64,000 bases of DNA from the NCBI GenBank assembly GCA_964016885.1, contig OZ024753.1, positions 43,586,001 to 43,650,000 of the forward strand, read 5' to 3'. Positions 1-13,319 of the stretch are shown piece by piece. A program made the translations under genes and the position numbers. The DNA comes from Eledone cirrhosa (taxonomy: Eukaryota). The notes below the pieces were generated by a model. That model was given only the letters and a program-made list of their open reading frames with translations, searched no databases and was not told the DNA's origin. Numbering within the stretch: position 1 is the stretch's first letter; each line of letters opens with the position of its first letter.

Positions 1-102
1 CTAACAAAATTCTAGGTGTGTATCTTTTAAGAGTCTAACTGGAATTAAAATTGAGATAAATTTTTGTGATTTTTTTTTTTTTTTTCTTTTGTATTATCAT
101 CA

Positions 103-204
103 TTGGCAGAATCGATGGAGTGTCGGGTGCCATCCTTTGCAGCATAGAGTTACGGCCCTTTATGATCTGAATTCAAATCCTGCCGCGGTTAACTTTGCCT
201 TTCA
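103..204 (+). mobile_element. tRNA-derived SINE family A (Nin/Deu-domain-like), 3'-truncated by adjacent insertion
   Basis: A box TGGCAGAATCG, B-box-like GAATTCAAATCC, then GGTTAACTTTGCCTTTCA; homologous to ~20 copies in the window. Confidence 0.75.
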
Positions 205-348
205 AAGGGTCTTAACGTTTTGAACGCTAGTCTTTCATCAGAAGAAAGAATGAGAAATAAGATAGATTGAGGGGACGGGCGGGTTGGAATTTTGAAAAAA
301 TCTCTTTAGATAAAAATAACAGGTCCATTCATGTTAACATCTCTTGCA
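204..348 (-). mobile_element. Hammerhead-bearing short element (same family as 46210-46420) with degenerate core at 210-245
   Basis: Reverse complement matches 46210-46355; reads TCTT-CTGATGA-aagactagcgttc-AAAA-CGTT-AAGA (G12 lost). Confidence 0.7.
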
Positions 349-429
349 AAACTGTTGGTGCTGGCGTTTTGTGTATGATTTATTTTTTTTAGAAAAGTGA
401 TATATTTATATATGTAATAATAAATAATA

Positions 430-613
430 ATTGTTTCTACGTTAGGCACAAGGCCAGCAAATGCCCAGTACATTACTGGTACTTTATTTTATCGACCCCG
501 TAAGGATGAAAGGCAAAGTTAACCTCGGCGGGATTTGAACTCAGACTGTAAAGGGACGTAACTATGCTAGAAAGCATGGCATTTGACCCTCTACCGGTAC
601 TGCCAATCCACCA
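430..613 (-). mobile_element. SINE family A (Nin/Deu-like), near full length
   Basis: On the minus strand: A box TGGCAGTACCGG, B box GAGTTCAAATCC, GCCTTTCATCCTTACGGGGTCGATAAAATAAAGTACCAG domain, (ATT)n tail. Confidence 0.85.
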
Positions 614-1059
614 CAATAATGAAATTATTGTGTACAGTGCTCAGGTGTATATGGATGGCCAAAAAAACCCCACCAAATTATAACTGGCTGACCAAAAGGA
701 TAGCAAATTATATCTGGTCAACGATTCTTGTGTTTATGACTGCGCTATAGTTATCACACTTAACTTTCTGTAAGTTACACAATGCTATAATTTACTGTTA
801 AACAATAGTGCTATCAAAGTGTGGGATTTCGAGATAATTGGAATACTTATTGATATTCTCCAGAGAGAGAATGACAATAAATTATGGGACCATTTTATGA
901 TCCGATATATCCATTTATAAGCTATTTTAACATATTCCCAGGAGATGGAGCACTAATTTACAACTAATAGGTGAACAAGGAAATTAGGAGGCCTTAGGTG
1001 ATTACTTAATTTGCTAGAATTAACAGCCAAATTTCTCTTTAATTACCCTCTCACACTCT

Positions 1060-1152
1060 GTATGTTTGTGAATGTATGTATGTATATATATATACATAAC
1101 TTTCTCTGTATGTATGTCCTCATATATTCATATATATATATATATGTGTGTG

Positions 1153-1187
<35 letters not shown>

Positions 1188-1690
1188 ATATATATGTGTG
1201 TGTGTGTATATGTGTGTGTGTGTATATATATATATGTGTGTGTATATGTGTGTGTGTGTATATATATATATGGGTGTATATATATATATATATATATATA
1301 CACATGTATATATATATGTGTGTGTGTGTGTGTATATATATACACATGTATATATATGTGTGTGTGTATATATATACACATGTATGTATATATATGTGTG
1401 TGTATATATATACACATGTATATATATATATGTGTGTGTGTGTATATATATACACATGTATGTATATATATGTGTGTATATATATACACATGTATGTATA
1501 TATATGTGTGTGTATATATATACACATGTATGTATATATATGTGTGTGTGTATATATATACACATGTATATATATATATGTGTGTGTGTATATATATACA
1601 CATGTATATATATATATGTGTGTGTGTATATATATACACATGTATATATATATGTGTGTGTGTGTGTATGCATATATATATATGTATAAT
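1060..1690. repeat. Compound (TA)n/(TG)n microsatellite with a higher-order TACACATG unit
   Basis: Direct inspection; gives spurious Y/I/C/V ORFs. Confidence 0.95.
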
Positions 1691-1928
1691 AACTTTCTCT
1701 GTGTGTGTCTATTTGTATATGGCGCTTGTATGCATAGTTATCAGTTTAACAATTTAGCTAGTTCACTCTCTGACCTAGACTGGGGCTTAATTTATCAATG
1801 TTGCATGGGTGAAAAAGTTAACCTCAGCAGTATTTGAACTTAAAACTGTGTGGGCCCACAGTATATACCACATATCATTACATCTAATGCTCTAATGCTT
1901 CTACCAATCAGCCACTTTATTGACAATA

Positions 1929-2113
1929 GTGATTGGCAGTATCAGTAAAGGGTCGGACGCCATGCCTTCTAGCATAGAGTTACGTCTCTTTATGGACTGA
2001 GTTCAAATCTCTCAAAAGTTAACTTTGCCTTTCATCCTTACGGGGTCGATAAAATAAAGTACCAGTAATGTACTGGGTATTTGCTGGCCTTGTGTCAAAA
2101 GTAGAAATAATTA
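1929..2113 (+). mobile_element. SINE family A
   Basis: TTGGCAGTATCAG...GAGTTCAAATC...GCCTTTCATCCTTACGGGGTCGATAAAATAAAGTACCAG. Confidence 0.85.
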
Positions 2114-2135
2114 TTCTACAGTATTATTAGATATG

Positions 2136-2480
2136 TCATGTTAGGTTTCTGCCTGCGACTGGTACCATGTAACCCAATACAACCTGCTTCTTGGTTGAGT
2201 AGTCAGCAACTAAACTGGCTCTCTGGTCTGGTGAGGAGGATAAGTGGAACCCCAGCAAAAAAAAAAAAAATAAATAAATAAAAATAAAATAAACGAGCTG
2301 TAAAAAGGGGCAGATGAACTCCTCAGACTCAAAGGCCATTCACCCCAACTGTAGGGTAAATAGCCTCACAAATCCACAATTGCCCAAAAGTGGTGAGCAC
2401 GTCTATACCCTTGAAGACATGACCAAAACCAAACAGAAACTGGTGGAGGTCAACCAAGGTGGGGTTACTTCAACAGGAAT
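2136..2480 (+). repeat. Dispersed repeat family E (unclassified); inverted homolog at 13320-13618
   Basis: Colinear matching blocks, e.g. ATGACCAAAACCAAACAG...CTGGTGGAGGTCAACCA vs TGGTTGACCTCCACCAG...CTGTTTGGTTTTGGTCAT. Confidence 0.7.
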
Positions 2481-3240
2481 GAGAGGACCCTTGATTGTAT
2501 TGGATTGGATTATTAAACTCATACACATACTTTGATATACTGAATAAATTCTACAAGCTCTAAATGAATGGTTTGATGAGTTGAAATATCTGTTTTATAA
2601 ATTTTCCATTCCCACATTATAAATTATGATTAATTTTATTATAGAAACTTTCTCATAAAATTAAAAAAAAAAAAAAAAAAAAAAAATACAAACCTGTTTT
2701 TCTTAATGAAGAATTTTAATTGATAATAGATAAAAAAATATAATAAAAAAAAAAAAACCTAATAAAATAGATAGCAAACCACATCATGTGACAGAACAAC
2801 AAGGTCACATGTTTCAATATTAATTTTCTTATTACATTCGGCTTGGATTTTTTAGATTGACTTTTCTTAATATTTTTCTCCTGATAGAAATTGATTTTTT
2901 ATATAGTTATAGTTGATTGAATAAGTAGCAATTGTCGGCCATGAAAGAGGTGAAGTAATTAATTTAATCTATAATGAAGAGACTTTATTAAATTGTCTTG
3001 TAAAGTATTTCTGTACCTGAGCAATCTATGAACGAATATGTTTGTCATTAACATTTGGGGTGACAGCATTCATTATATATATTTATATATATAAATATAT
3101 ATATATATAAATATATGTGTGTATATGTACACATACATATATATGCATACCCACACCACACACATCCAATATATATGTATAGTACATACAACACACATAT
3201 ATATTTAGATACATATACACACACACAATGTGTATGCATA

Positions 3241-3560
3241 TCATCATCATCATCATCATCATCACCGTTTTACGTCCGTTCTTCCACGCTAGCATGGGTT
3301 AGACAGGTTGTCCTGTTGTGGGCAGTGTCTAGTCGGCTGACCTTGTCTTGCTCATACGGGAACTGATTCTGGTTTGATTTCTACAGCTGGATGCCCTTCC
3401 TAACACCAACCTCATTTACAGTGAGTGCTGGGTGCTTTTTTTCTGTGACGCCTACACATCCACTTTACAGTGTTGGCTGGGTGCTTTTTTGCCGTGGCAC
3501 CTCCACAACCACTTTGCAGTGGGAGGGTGTGGGGGCATAATGTCTATATGCTTCAGCTTC
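3241..3560 (-). mobile_element. 3'-end-only copy of the RTE LINE 3' UTR (or a SINE sharing it)
   Basis: Near-identical to 13779-14080; ends in CCATGCTAGCGTGGAAGAACGGACGTAAAACGG(TGA)n. Confidence 0.85.
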
Positions 3561-4928
3561 AGCTTGTATGTATATATATATATATATACATGTATGTATA
3601 TATATATATATATACATGTATGTATGTATATATATATATATATATATATACACACTCACACACACACACACACACTAGCATACTTACATTGTCAATAATG
3701 TTAGTATGTTTTATTATTTAATATTGAAATATTAAATAAACCACAATCAAATAAATCGATGTAAGTTCATAACTTTCACACATGACAAATGTAGTTTAAC
3801 CTTTTAATATAGGTGACTCGTTACATAGCACGTTCCTAGAATCAGGGCCAAATCTTTATATAAGTGTCAATATACAAAAAAACAAAACTATTTTATTTGA
3901 AAGTTGGTATCTGTTTGAATATCACAAGATGTTGTACTGAGCTATTTCAAACATACCTTCTTTTATTGTCAGTAGCTTACCATGTCAGACTACTACACGA
4001 CATAGTTTGTTACCCATATTAACCTGACTCTTATCATCTTTTAAAGATTTAGCAGAAAATGTCTAAATACGGATTTGTTAATTTAAATGTTTATAGTATG
4101 TTTACTACTGGACAGATTGTTGTGAAATTTTGCAGCATTAGAGTAAAGACTTTAGTTTTTATTGTGATGCAAACAATTATGCTGCAAATAATATTGTGTG
4201 GTTTTGAATACAGTTTCATCCAGTACAGGATGTTAAGAGTTCATCATGTTTTCGATACAATATTGCCAGGAATAAAACTTGTTTTAAATTAAATAAATCA
4301 CAAAATAAAATCTGTTGTTGTGATGTCATATTGTTGACAGCATGCCAGTGTGGGGGAGAAGGTATTAAAATGATGGTGATATTGACATTATAGAGAAAGT
4401 ATTTATAACAAAAGTATCTCATATAAAATTATATTGATTTCAATCTAACCCTTTATGAGGAACTTTGTTTCATAGCACAAAGGGCAGTTTTGTGTGGGTT
4501 GGTTTCAAAAGAGTTAATTTTGCTTCATATGGTAGATGGGAAATAATCTGGAATTATTTAGTCTTAATGCAGAAAATAAAGTTTAATTCTTGATATCTTC
4601 TTTGCTTTTTGATCGGATTGAGTCATTGATAGTTTTCTCTAGAAGATATCTAATTGGAATGATAGAGTAAGTTAAGAGATACTGAAAGAACTATTAATCT
4701 ACATTAATGTTTATGCAACTGGTGTCAAGTACGAAAAATTCTCAAAGACGATGACAAGTTGATAAGTTGGATAATATGAAAGAGTATTACGATGATTGTT
4801 TTAAAAGTTGGACTAATATAAAATGGATTGAAAGCATACACTTCATAAGTAGGTATAAGCTTAACCATTTTGACACCAACCTGCCTGAAACTGCCTCTAG
4901 TTTCATGATTCATCATTATCATAATTTA

Positions 4929-5115
4929 ATTGTTTCTACTTTTGGCACAAGGCCAGCAATTATCCCAGTGTATTACTGGTACTTTATTTTATCGACCCCA
5001 TATGGATGAAAGGTAAAGTTAACCTCAGCGGGATTTGAACTCAGACCATAAATGGCCATAACTCTTTGCAGCAAAGCATGGCGTCCGGCCCTCTACCGAT
5101 ACTGCCAATCTACCA
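4929..5115 (-). mobile_element. SINE family A
   Basis: Homology to family consensus. Confidence 0.85.
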
Positions 5116-6452
5116 TGATTTAATATCTATTTCCCATGATGACGTTCACCCAAGACGCCTCACAGTGGGATCAAACCGAAGACCGCATGATTGTAAAGTG
5201 AACTTCTTAGTCGTTCACCTATTCTCTGTCCACAAGCCAGTCATTAGATGGTCTCTGACTCCTATATTTCAGCCCCAATCCTACATTTGGCACCATAATT
5301 TACCAAAATATCTGTCCATTTAAGAATATTTTACTTGAAATTAAATCTTCCCTCAAAGTAGTATGTAAGAACCTTCAGTTAAGTTATATTCAAAACAACA
5401 GTTTAATAATGGAAAAAATTAGGTATTTTATTAAACTTTACTAAATTCATGATTATTTAAAAAATTAATTGAAAGACACTACCATTGTATTTTGTTAGAA
5501 ATGTAATTTATTCCATAATTGCTGCAGATTCAATCAGCATTGATCAAGAAGAATAATTGGGAAGTACACCCATATATCCATTAATATTGATTGTATGAGG
5601 AATTTAATTCCCTCTGATACCAATCACACCACACATGCATCCTATTGAAATGAGGTAGATATTTGGTTGATTTTGCAATTGAGAATTATGATAAAAATAA
5701 CACCAACAAAAACATGAAAAACAAAACAAAACAACAAAGTTATATGAAACAAAAATAACAAAAATATAAAACAACAAAAATATATATATAATAACTATAT
5801 GATAAAAAAACAACTACAACATTATATGAAACAACAACAAAAATATGTATAAAACAACAACAAAATATATATAACCTAAATATCAAACAACAAAAATATA
5901 TATAACAACTATGAAAAAACACCAACAAAAATATATATATCAACTATATGAAAAAACAACAAAAATATAACAATTATGAAAAAAACAACAAAAATATAAC
6001 AATTATGAAAAAACAACAAAAATATATATAACAACTATATGAAAAAAAAATATATATGAAACAACAACAATATAGAAAACAACAACAAAATATATAAAAG
6101 TGTTTTAAAATGAAAAAGGAAACAAAAAGAGATTCATAAAGCTTTTAATTTATTGGTTGGCATTTAAAATTGATATAAAATATGTATTGCATAGTTTTGA
6201 ATCTGATCAAAGTATGAAACTAGTTATCAAAATGAAATGAATAATAATTTGTTGGTTGTATAAACATTATGATTTATCAAACAGTTTCTCTATTTGCTAT
6301 GTTTTTAGAGGTGTCTAGTTTCAATTTTACTTTAATAAACATTTTGATGAAAACTGTAAGTTGGGAAAAATCATTTATGGTATATAGAACTACGAAGAGT
6401 GATGGAGTTCACCATCATTATCATCATCATCACCATCATCATCACCATCACA

Positions 6453-6728
6453 TTTGAACTCAGACTATAAAGGGCTGTAACTCTTTGCTGCAAAGCATGG
6501 TGTCCGACCCTCTACCAATACTGCCAATCCACCGAAGAAATAATTGTTTCTACTTTAGGCACAAGGCCAGCAATTACCCCAGTGCATTACTGGTACTTTA
6601 TTTTATCGGCCCCTGTAAGGATGAAAGGCAAAGTTAACCTCGGCGGGATTTGAACTCAGACCATAAAGGGCCGTAACTCTTTGCTGCAAAGCATGGCGTC
6701 CGACCCTCTACCGATACTGTCAATCCAC
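6453..6728 (-). mobile_element. Two tandem SINE family A copies (one head-only, one full length)
   Basis: Duplicated TTTGAACTCAGAC...GCCAATCCAC head. Confidence 0.85.
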
Positions 6729-7057
6729 AAAATAATATATTTCTATGTGATACAAGAAAATACATTTCATGTGGTACAAGATGTTGAGTTAATACAAAAA
6801 CCAAATATTTCATTGACTTTATTACTTTGAAGTTGAAGTGCTTACCTTTCTAAAGTCAGTTTTTCTTGTGAAAGGTTTGTTTTATCCTCCAGCACACTAC
6901 AACCCCCTTTTATGTAGAGTTGTTTTTTATTTGTTTATCATGGAAGAATAATTGAGTAGAAAATAGTTGTATTGATCTCGACTTGAAAGGTTATCAGGTC
7001 ATGACTCTCTGACACTCTACCGATTCTGCCAATCTCCTGCCCTTTAATGATAATAAT

Positions 7058-7212
7058 AATTGTATCTACTTTTGGCACAAGACCAGCAATTATCCCAGTG
7101 TATTACTGGTACTTTATTTTATCGACCCCGTAAGGATGAAAGGTAAAGTTAACCTCGGCAGGATTTGAACTCAGACCATAAAGGGCCGTAACTCTTTGCT
7201 GCAAAGCATGGC
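7058..7212 (-). mobile_element. SINE family A (5'-truncated)
   Basis: Homology to family consensus. Confidence 0.8.
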
Positions 7213-7282
7213 ATGAACATTTTAATAACGCTATAAAGAATAACTTATAAATAGAGAAGTACATTTTAATAATTGTTATATA

Positions 7283-7470
7283 TCATCATCATTGTTTAAC
7301 GTCCATCTTCCACGCTAGCATGGGTTTAGACGGGAATTTTCCCACTTGAGGCAAGATTGGTTGTCTTGCTTGTATAGGACTGTCTGGCAGGTTTTCTATG
7401 GCTGGATGCCCTTCCTAATACCAACTACGTTTACAGTGTGGACTGGGAGGTTTTTACAGTGTTACCTACA
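7283..7470 (-). mobile_element. Meta-domain-like SINE 3' portion with RTE-type tail; related copy at 18492-18638
   Basis: GGTATTAGGAAGGGCATCCAGCCATAGAAAACCTGCCAGA...CCATGCTAGCGTGGAAGATGGACGTTAAAC(ATG)n on the minus strand. Confidence 0.7.
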
Positions 7471-7936
7471 CGGCCTACAGCATGGACTGTGTGTTTTTTT
7501 GTCGTATATATATATATATATATACATATATACAAGACTCTCATGAGAATGCAGTCACAAACATAGATTTCTCACTTAATATTTCAAGCTAAATAAAAAT
7601 GATAATAGAAGCGTTACCGTGTCTATCCATCAGTTGATACAAAACTCTTCAATATTCTATTCTGGAATAAGTTTAATAAATCTTGGCATTAACAAGAGAA
7701 ACATGGAAATTGCATGATAATTTGATATGACTGGAAGGAGAAAAATGTTATTCAAGTGTCCATTATGGTGAGCTATTTTCAAAGCCAACCTCATTTAGAG
7801 TGTACATGTACACCTGTGCATACAAACAACAACACAGTAAAATTGCATATTCATAGACTCACACACATACACACACACACACTCATACAGCATCATCATC
7901 ATCATCTTCATTTAAAGTTTGTTTTCTCTCCTGGCA

Positions 7937-7983
<47 letters not shown>

Positions 7984-7985
<2 letters not shown>

Positions 7986-8354
7986 TCATCATATCATTTT
8001 ATTTTACGTCTGCTTTTCCCTGCTTGCAAGGGTGGGACTGGAACTGATTCTGGCTTGATTTCTACAGCTGGATGCCCTTCCTAACACCAACCTCATTTAC
8101 AGTGAGTGCTGGGTGCTTTATTTTTTCCGTGGCGCCTACACGTCCACTTTATAGTGTGGGTTGGGTGCTTTTTTTTTTCCGTGGTGCCTTCACGACCACT
8201 TTGCAGTGGAATGATAGGGACCCCAGTCCTATCATCTCATTTCTACAGCTGAGTAAACTGGAGCAATGTGAAATAAAGTGTCTTGCTCAAGGACACAACA
8301 CATCACCCGGTCTGAGAATTGAACTTACAACCTTTCGATTGCAAGGTCAACTAA

Positions 8355-8358
<4 letters not shown>
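7984..8358 (-). mobile_element. CORE-like tRNA SINE family B with Meta-like segment and RTE-type tail
   Basis: CCTTGAGCAAGACACTT...CAGTTTACTCAGCTGTAGAAATGAGATGATA (CORE-like), GGTGTTAGGAAGGGCATCCAGC, (ATG)n end. Confidence 0.85.
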
Positions 8359-8406
<48 letters not shown>

Positions 8407-8467
8407 AATATAGTATTAATATATAAGGGAATGAAGAATCAATGTTACATCATATACATATATAATT

Positions 8468-8559
8468 ACATATTACACATGTTTCACTGTCAATCAGCTC
8501 GAGGAATGATCTATTAATGATAGAACCTGACTCTGGAATCGGAAGCTCCTCAGATATGT
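8468..8559 (-). ncRNA. Type I hammerhead ribozyme motif with large stem II insertion
   Basis: ACAUAU-CUGAGGA-GCU(~55 nt)AGU-GAAA-CAUGUG-U-A-AUAUGU; 6-bp stem I, near-palindromic stem III; flanked by (TA)n. Confidence 0.65.
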
Positions 8560-8999
8560 TTAACATATAGACTTGTGTCTATATATATATATATATATAC
8601 GTGTGTGTGTGCATGTATGTTCATTTATTTTGGCTAAATAGTGAGTCTTGTTACACTGGAGTTCACCTGCGCTCACACAATGTCGTCAGATAAGACAATA
8701 CCATGTTTTCTCAGGTGAAACTCAGGCGAAATTCAGTTCTATGAAGACATAATCATCTGACATAGTTTGTCTTAAAATAGGACACCTTGTCTAACCCATG
8801 CTAGTGTGGAAAAATGGACAGTAAATGGTGATGATGATGATGATGATATTGATGGATCAATTTCCTAAATTTTGACTTGAGAAACAATCACTTCTTTCAA
8901 CAGACCTGAAAACTTAATCTTATGCTTTTGATTTAGTGTCTTGTTATTTAGAGACTGGCAAAAGAAAATCAAAGAGCTTTGCAATGTTTGGAAAGGAAA

Positions 9000-9700
9000 G
9001 AGAGAGGGGGTTATAATATATAGAGAGGGTGGTTTTAATAGAGAAAGGAATGGGTTTATATATATAGAGAGGAGGGGGTTATAATATGGAGAGAGGGGGG
9101 TTTATAATATATATAGACAGAGGGAGTTAAATATATATATAGAGAGAGGGGTGTTATAATATATAGAGATGGTGGTTTTAATAGAGAAAGGGATGGGTTT
9201 ATATATAGAGAGAGGGGGGGTTATAATATAGAGAGAGGGGGGTTTATAATATATATAGATAGAGGGAGTTAAATATATATATAGAGAGGGGTGTTATAAT
9301 ATATAGAGAGGGTGGTTTTAATAGAGAAAGGAATGGGTTTATATATATATAGAGAGGGGGGGGAGGGGTTATAATATAGAGAGAGGGGGGGTTTATAATA
9401 TATATAGACAGAGGGAGTTAAATATATATATAGAGAGAGGGGTGTTATAATATATAGAGATGGTGGTTTTAATAGAGAAAGGGATGGGTTTATATATAGA
9501 GAGGGGGGGGGGGTTATAATATAGAAAGAGGGGAGTTTATAATATATATAGACAGAGGGAGTTAAATATATATATAGAGAGAGGGGTGTTATAATATATA
9601 GAGAGGGTGGTTTTAATAGAGAAAGGGATGGGTTTATATATATATAGAAAGGGAGAGTTTAATATATTTAGAGAGAGGGGGTTATAATATAGAGAGAGGG
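9000..9700. repeat. Purine-rich minisatellite, ~140-150 bp period, ~5 units
   Basis: GGTGGTTTTAATAGAGAAAGG recurs near 9028, 9171, 9311, 9463, 9606. Confidence 0.9.
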
Positions 9701-9909
9701 ATTATCTGTGAATTTTTTCATGGGTCCAGCTAGTCTCTATTATTCTCCTTAGAAATATTCTGGTTATCTCTGAAAGCAATGTGTAATTCAAAGTAGACTA
9801 AATATATTTACAGCCCCTATATTTCAAATGTATACAAATTTAGATAACAGATAATGTTCCATATTAAAATGACTAAAATATGTGGAGAAAATTACTCAGA
9901 AATGTATAT

Positions 9910-9973
9910 TCATGTGTGTGTGTTTGTTTGTGTGTGTGTGTGTGTGTGTGTGAAGTGTGTGTGTATATATATA

Positions 9974-10010
<37 letters not shown>

Positions 10011-10192
10011 GTCTGTGTGTATATATATATATATATATATGTCTGTGTGTATATATATATATATATATATATGTCTGTATATATATATATGCGTGTGTGT
10101 GTGTGTATATATATATGCATGTGTGTATATATATATATGCATGTGTGTATATGTGTGTGTATATATGTATGTGTGTGTGTATATATATATAT

Positions 10193-10244
<52 letters not shown>

Positions 10245-10540
10245 TGTACACACACATGCATATATGTTTGTGTATATATATGTGTGTGTATATATGTGTG
10301 TATATAAATGTGTGTGTATATAAATGTGTGTATATATGTGTGTATATATATGTGTATATATATGTGTATATATAAATGTGTATATATAAATGTGTATATA
10401 TGTGTGTACATAAATGTGTGTATATAAAATGTGTGTATATAAAATGTGTGTCTATATAAATGTGTGTATATATATGTGCGTGTATATAAATGTGTGTATA
10501 TATATGTGTGTGTATATAAATGTACACATATATACATATA
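9910..10540. repeat. (TG)n/(TA)n compound microsatellite
   Basis: Direct inspection. Confidence 0.95.
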
Positions 10541-10621
10541 TCACGTTATGTTGAGAATTGTATCCCACTATTTGACTGAGGTCGTTACCATTGACGACAT
10601 CATCTCTGTTGTTGTAAATAG

Positions 10622-11772
10622 CATCATCATCATCACCATCACCACCATCACCACCATCACCATCACCACCATCACCATCACCACCACCACCATCATCACC
10701 ATCATCATCATCACCATCATCATCACCATCACCACCATCACCATCATCATCATCACCATCATCATCACCACCATCATCATCACCACCATCACCACCATCA
10801 CCATCACCACCATCACCATCACCACCATCACCATCACCACCATCATCATCACCACCATCATCATCATCACCATCATCATCACCACCATCACCATCATCAT
10901 CACCATCATCATCATCACCATCATCATCACCACCATCATCATCACCACCATCATCATCACCACCATCATCATCATCACCATCACCACCATCATCACCATC
11001 TTCACCACCATCATCACCATCTTCACCACCATCATCATCATCACCATCATCATCATTACCATCTTCACCACCATTATTATCACCACCATCATCATCATCA
11101 CCACCGTCATACCACTATCATCATCATCATCATCAACATCATCCTCATCATTGTTACCAATATCATCATCACCACCATCACCACCATTGCCACTATCACC
11201 GCCACCACTATCACCATCACACCACTATCATCATCATCATTGTTACCACCACCACCACCACCACCATCTTCACCATTGTTACCAATATCATCATCACCAC
11301 CACCATCACCACCATCACCACCATCTTCACCACCATCTTCACCATTGTTACCACCATCACCACCATCACCGCCACCACCATCGCCACCACCACCACCACC
11401 ACCATCATCACCACCACCATCACCACCACCACCACCACCACCATCACCACCACCACCACCACCACCATCACCACCACCACCACCACCATCATCACCACCA
11501 CCACCACCACCATCACCATCACCACCACCACCACCTTCACCATTGTTACCAATATCATCATCACCACCATCACCACCATCACCACCACCATCTTCACCAT
11601 TGTTACCACCATCACCAACACCATCACCACCACCACCACCACCACCACCACCATCACCACCACCACCATCACCACCACCACCATCACCATCACCACCATC
11701 ACCACCACCACCACCACCACCACCACCACCACCATCACCACCACCACCACCATTGTTACCAATACCATCACC
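10622..11772. repeat. (CAT)n/(CAC)n trinucleotide microsatellite
   Basis: Direct inspection; source of the poly-H/P/T ORFs. Confidence 0.95.
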
Positions 11773-12298
11773 ATTCCAGGTTTCCATTGACATTAAGAAA
11801 TGGAAACCACATGTATATTTGTATAAACATATTTATCTGAAATTTATAAATAAAAAAAAAACTCTGCCATGGAATTGTCGTAATGTATGATGCCATTTAA
11901 ATGTTTATTGCACTAAACTTGGATATTACCATTAGGCTAAATGTTTTGCGTCTCGTATTAATGGTCTAAATTTCCTGCTTTTTATGAGAATATTAAGAAA
12001 AGACTTTTCTATATCTGTGTGTGTATGTTTGTATTTGTGTTTATATATGTATATGTTTGTGTGCAATATGTCTGTACATGTGTATGTGACTCTGTATTCA
12101 TGTGTATGCACGTTTGCATATATTTATAGTTGTACTTGCATGTACATATATGTGTTGATGTTTATATATGTGCATATATATATATATATATATGCTGGTG
12201 TTTGTATCTATATTTATGTGTGTTTGCATGTGTATTTAGAAATATGTGCCTGGATGTATATGTTTGTGCTTGTATGTACATATATGTGTGTTGATTTT

Positions 12299-12350
<52 letters not shown>

Positions 12351-12822
12351 AGTGCTAGTGTTTGTATGTATGTTTGTATTTGCATGTGTATTTACAAATA
12401 TGTATTAAAGTTTTTAGTTTCTAATTTATTCAAATATTGTAAGAGATGGCACCATTTAAAAAAAAACATTCTCTGACAATAAACATAGCATTTATTTCTT
12501 TTAAACTTGCCCACCCATGTCTCCTAAAATGCACATGTTTTAACACATTATTGCAGACATTATAATGCACCAATATGTACACATGATATTCAAAGATATA
12601 TTCTGAAATGTAAACATATAAATTATAAATATATTATATGTCAAGCCAGCAATAATATTAAGGTCAACTAGGCAACCTAGGAACTGACCTCTGAGACGAG
12701 GTGAATTATTGAACCTTAAGTCTTTCATTACCATATTTTTAATGAAAATAAACAAGAATTTGGAGAGATTTACTAATATAATTAACTTTATATGATTATT
12801 AAGTTGTTTTTTGAAACATAAC

Positions 12823-13254
12823 TTAACCCTTTAGCATTTACATTACTCTATATATACAATTGCATGGTAAAGCTTAATATTACATAATTATCTCACATAA
12901 TAACGAATCTATGAGATTTTGATATTATATATTTTGAGACCAATACCTTAACATCAGTGGGATTGGCCGATTATGGCCGGTTTGAACAGAAAGAGGTGAG
13001 AGAATTCTGGCCGGATATGGCCGGTTTAAATGCTAAAGGGTTAAACCGGCCATATCCGGCCAGAATTCTCTAACTTCTTTCTGTTAAAATTGGCCATGAC
13101 CAGCTGCACATACTTTTGTTAAGGAATTTTTCTCAAAATAAATAATATCCAAATCTCGTAGGTTTGATATTGTGTGAGATAATTATGTGAAATAAAGTGT
13201 TTACTGTGAAAGTACGGTAGTAAATATAGAGTAATGTAAATGCTAAAGGGTTAA
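12823..13254. mobile_element. Head-to-head pair of TTAA-type (piggyBac-like) MITE family D inserted in a family F MITE
   Basis: Termini TTAACCCTTTAGCATTTA / TAAATGCTAAAGGGTTAA; flanks rejoin as CATAAC-TTAA-CAAAGG, the single-TTAA site seen intact near 33405-33420. Confidence 0.8.
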
Positions 13255-13319
13255 CAAAGGTTCTTATATAAAATTGTGATGGAAGGGTTTAGATAGATAT
13301 CTGATCCATTTCAGGAGTT

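Noticed and set aside
1011-1837. Long Y/I/C/V/H/T-rich ORFs here and at 9.8k, 25-26k, 37-39k, 48k, 51k, 54k, 62k
   Set aside because: Translations of TA/TG/CA microsatellites, open in several frames on both strands
7570-7640. Possible minus-strand hammerhead (CUGAUGG...GAAAUAUU)
   Set aside because: Core mismatch and no convincing stem I or stem II closure
8640-8730. CUGACGA on the minus strand within a hairpin-rich island
   Set aside because: No GAAA or stem I partner at a suitable position
10446-11890. Poly-His/Pro/Gly ORFs resembling extensin or His-rich proteins
   Set aside because: Pure CAT/CAC repeat, with no unique coding sequence or splice context
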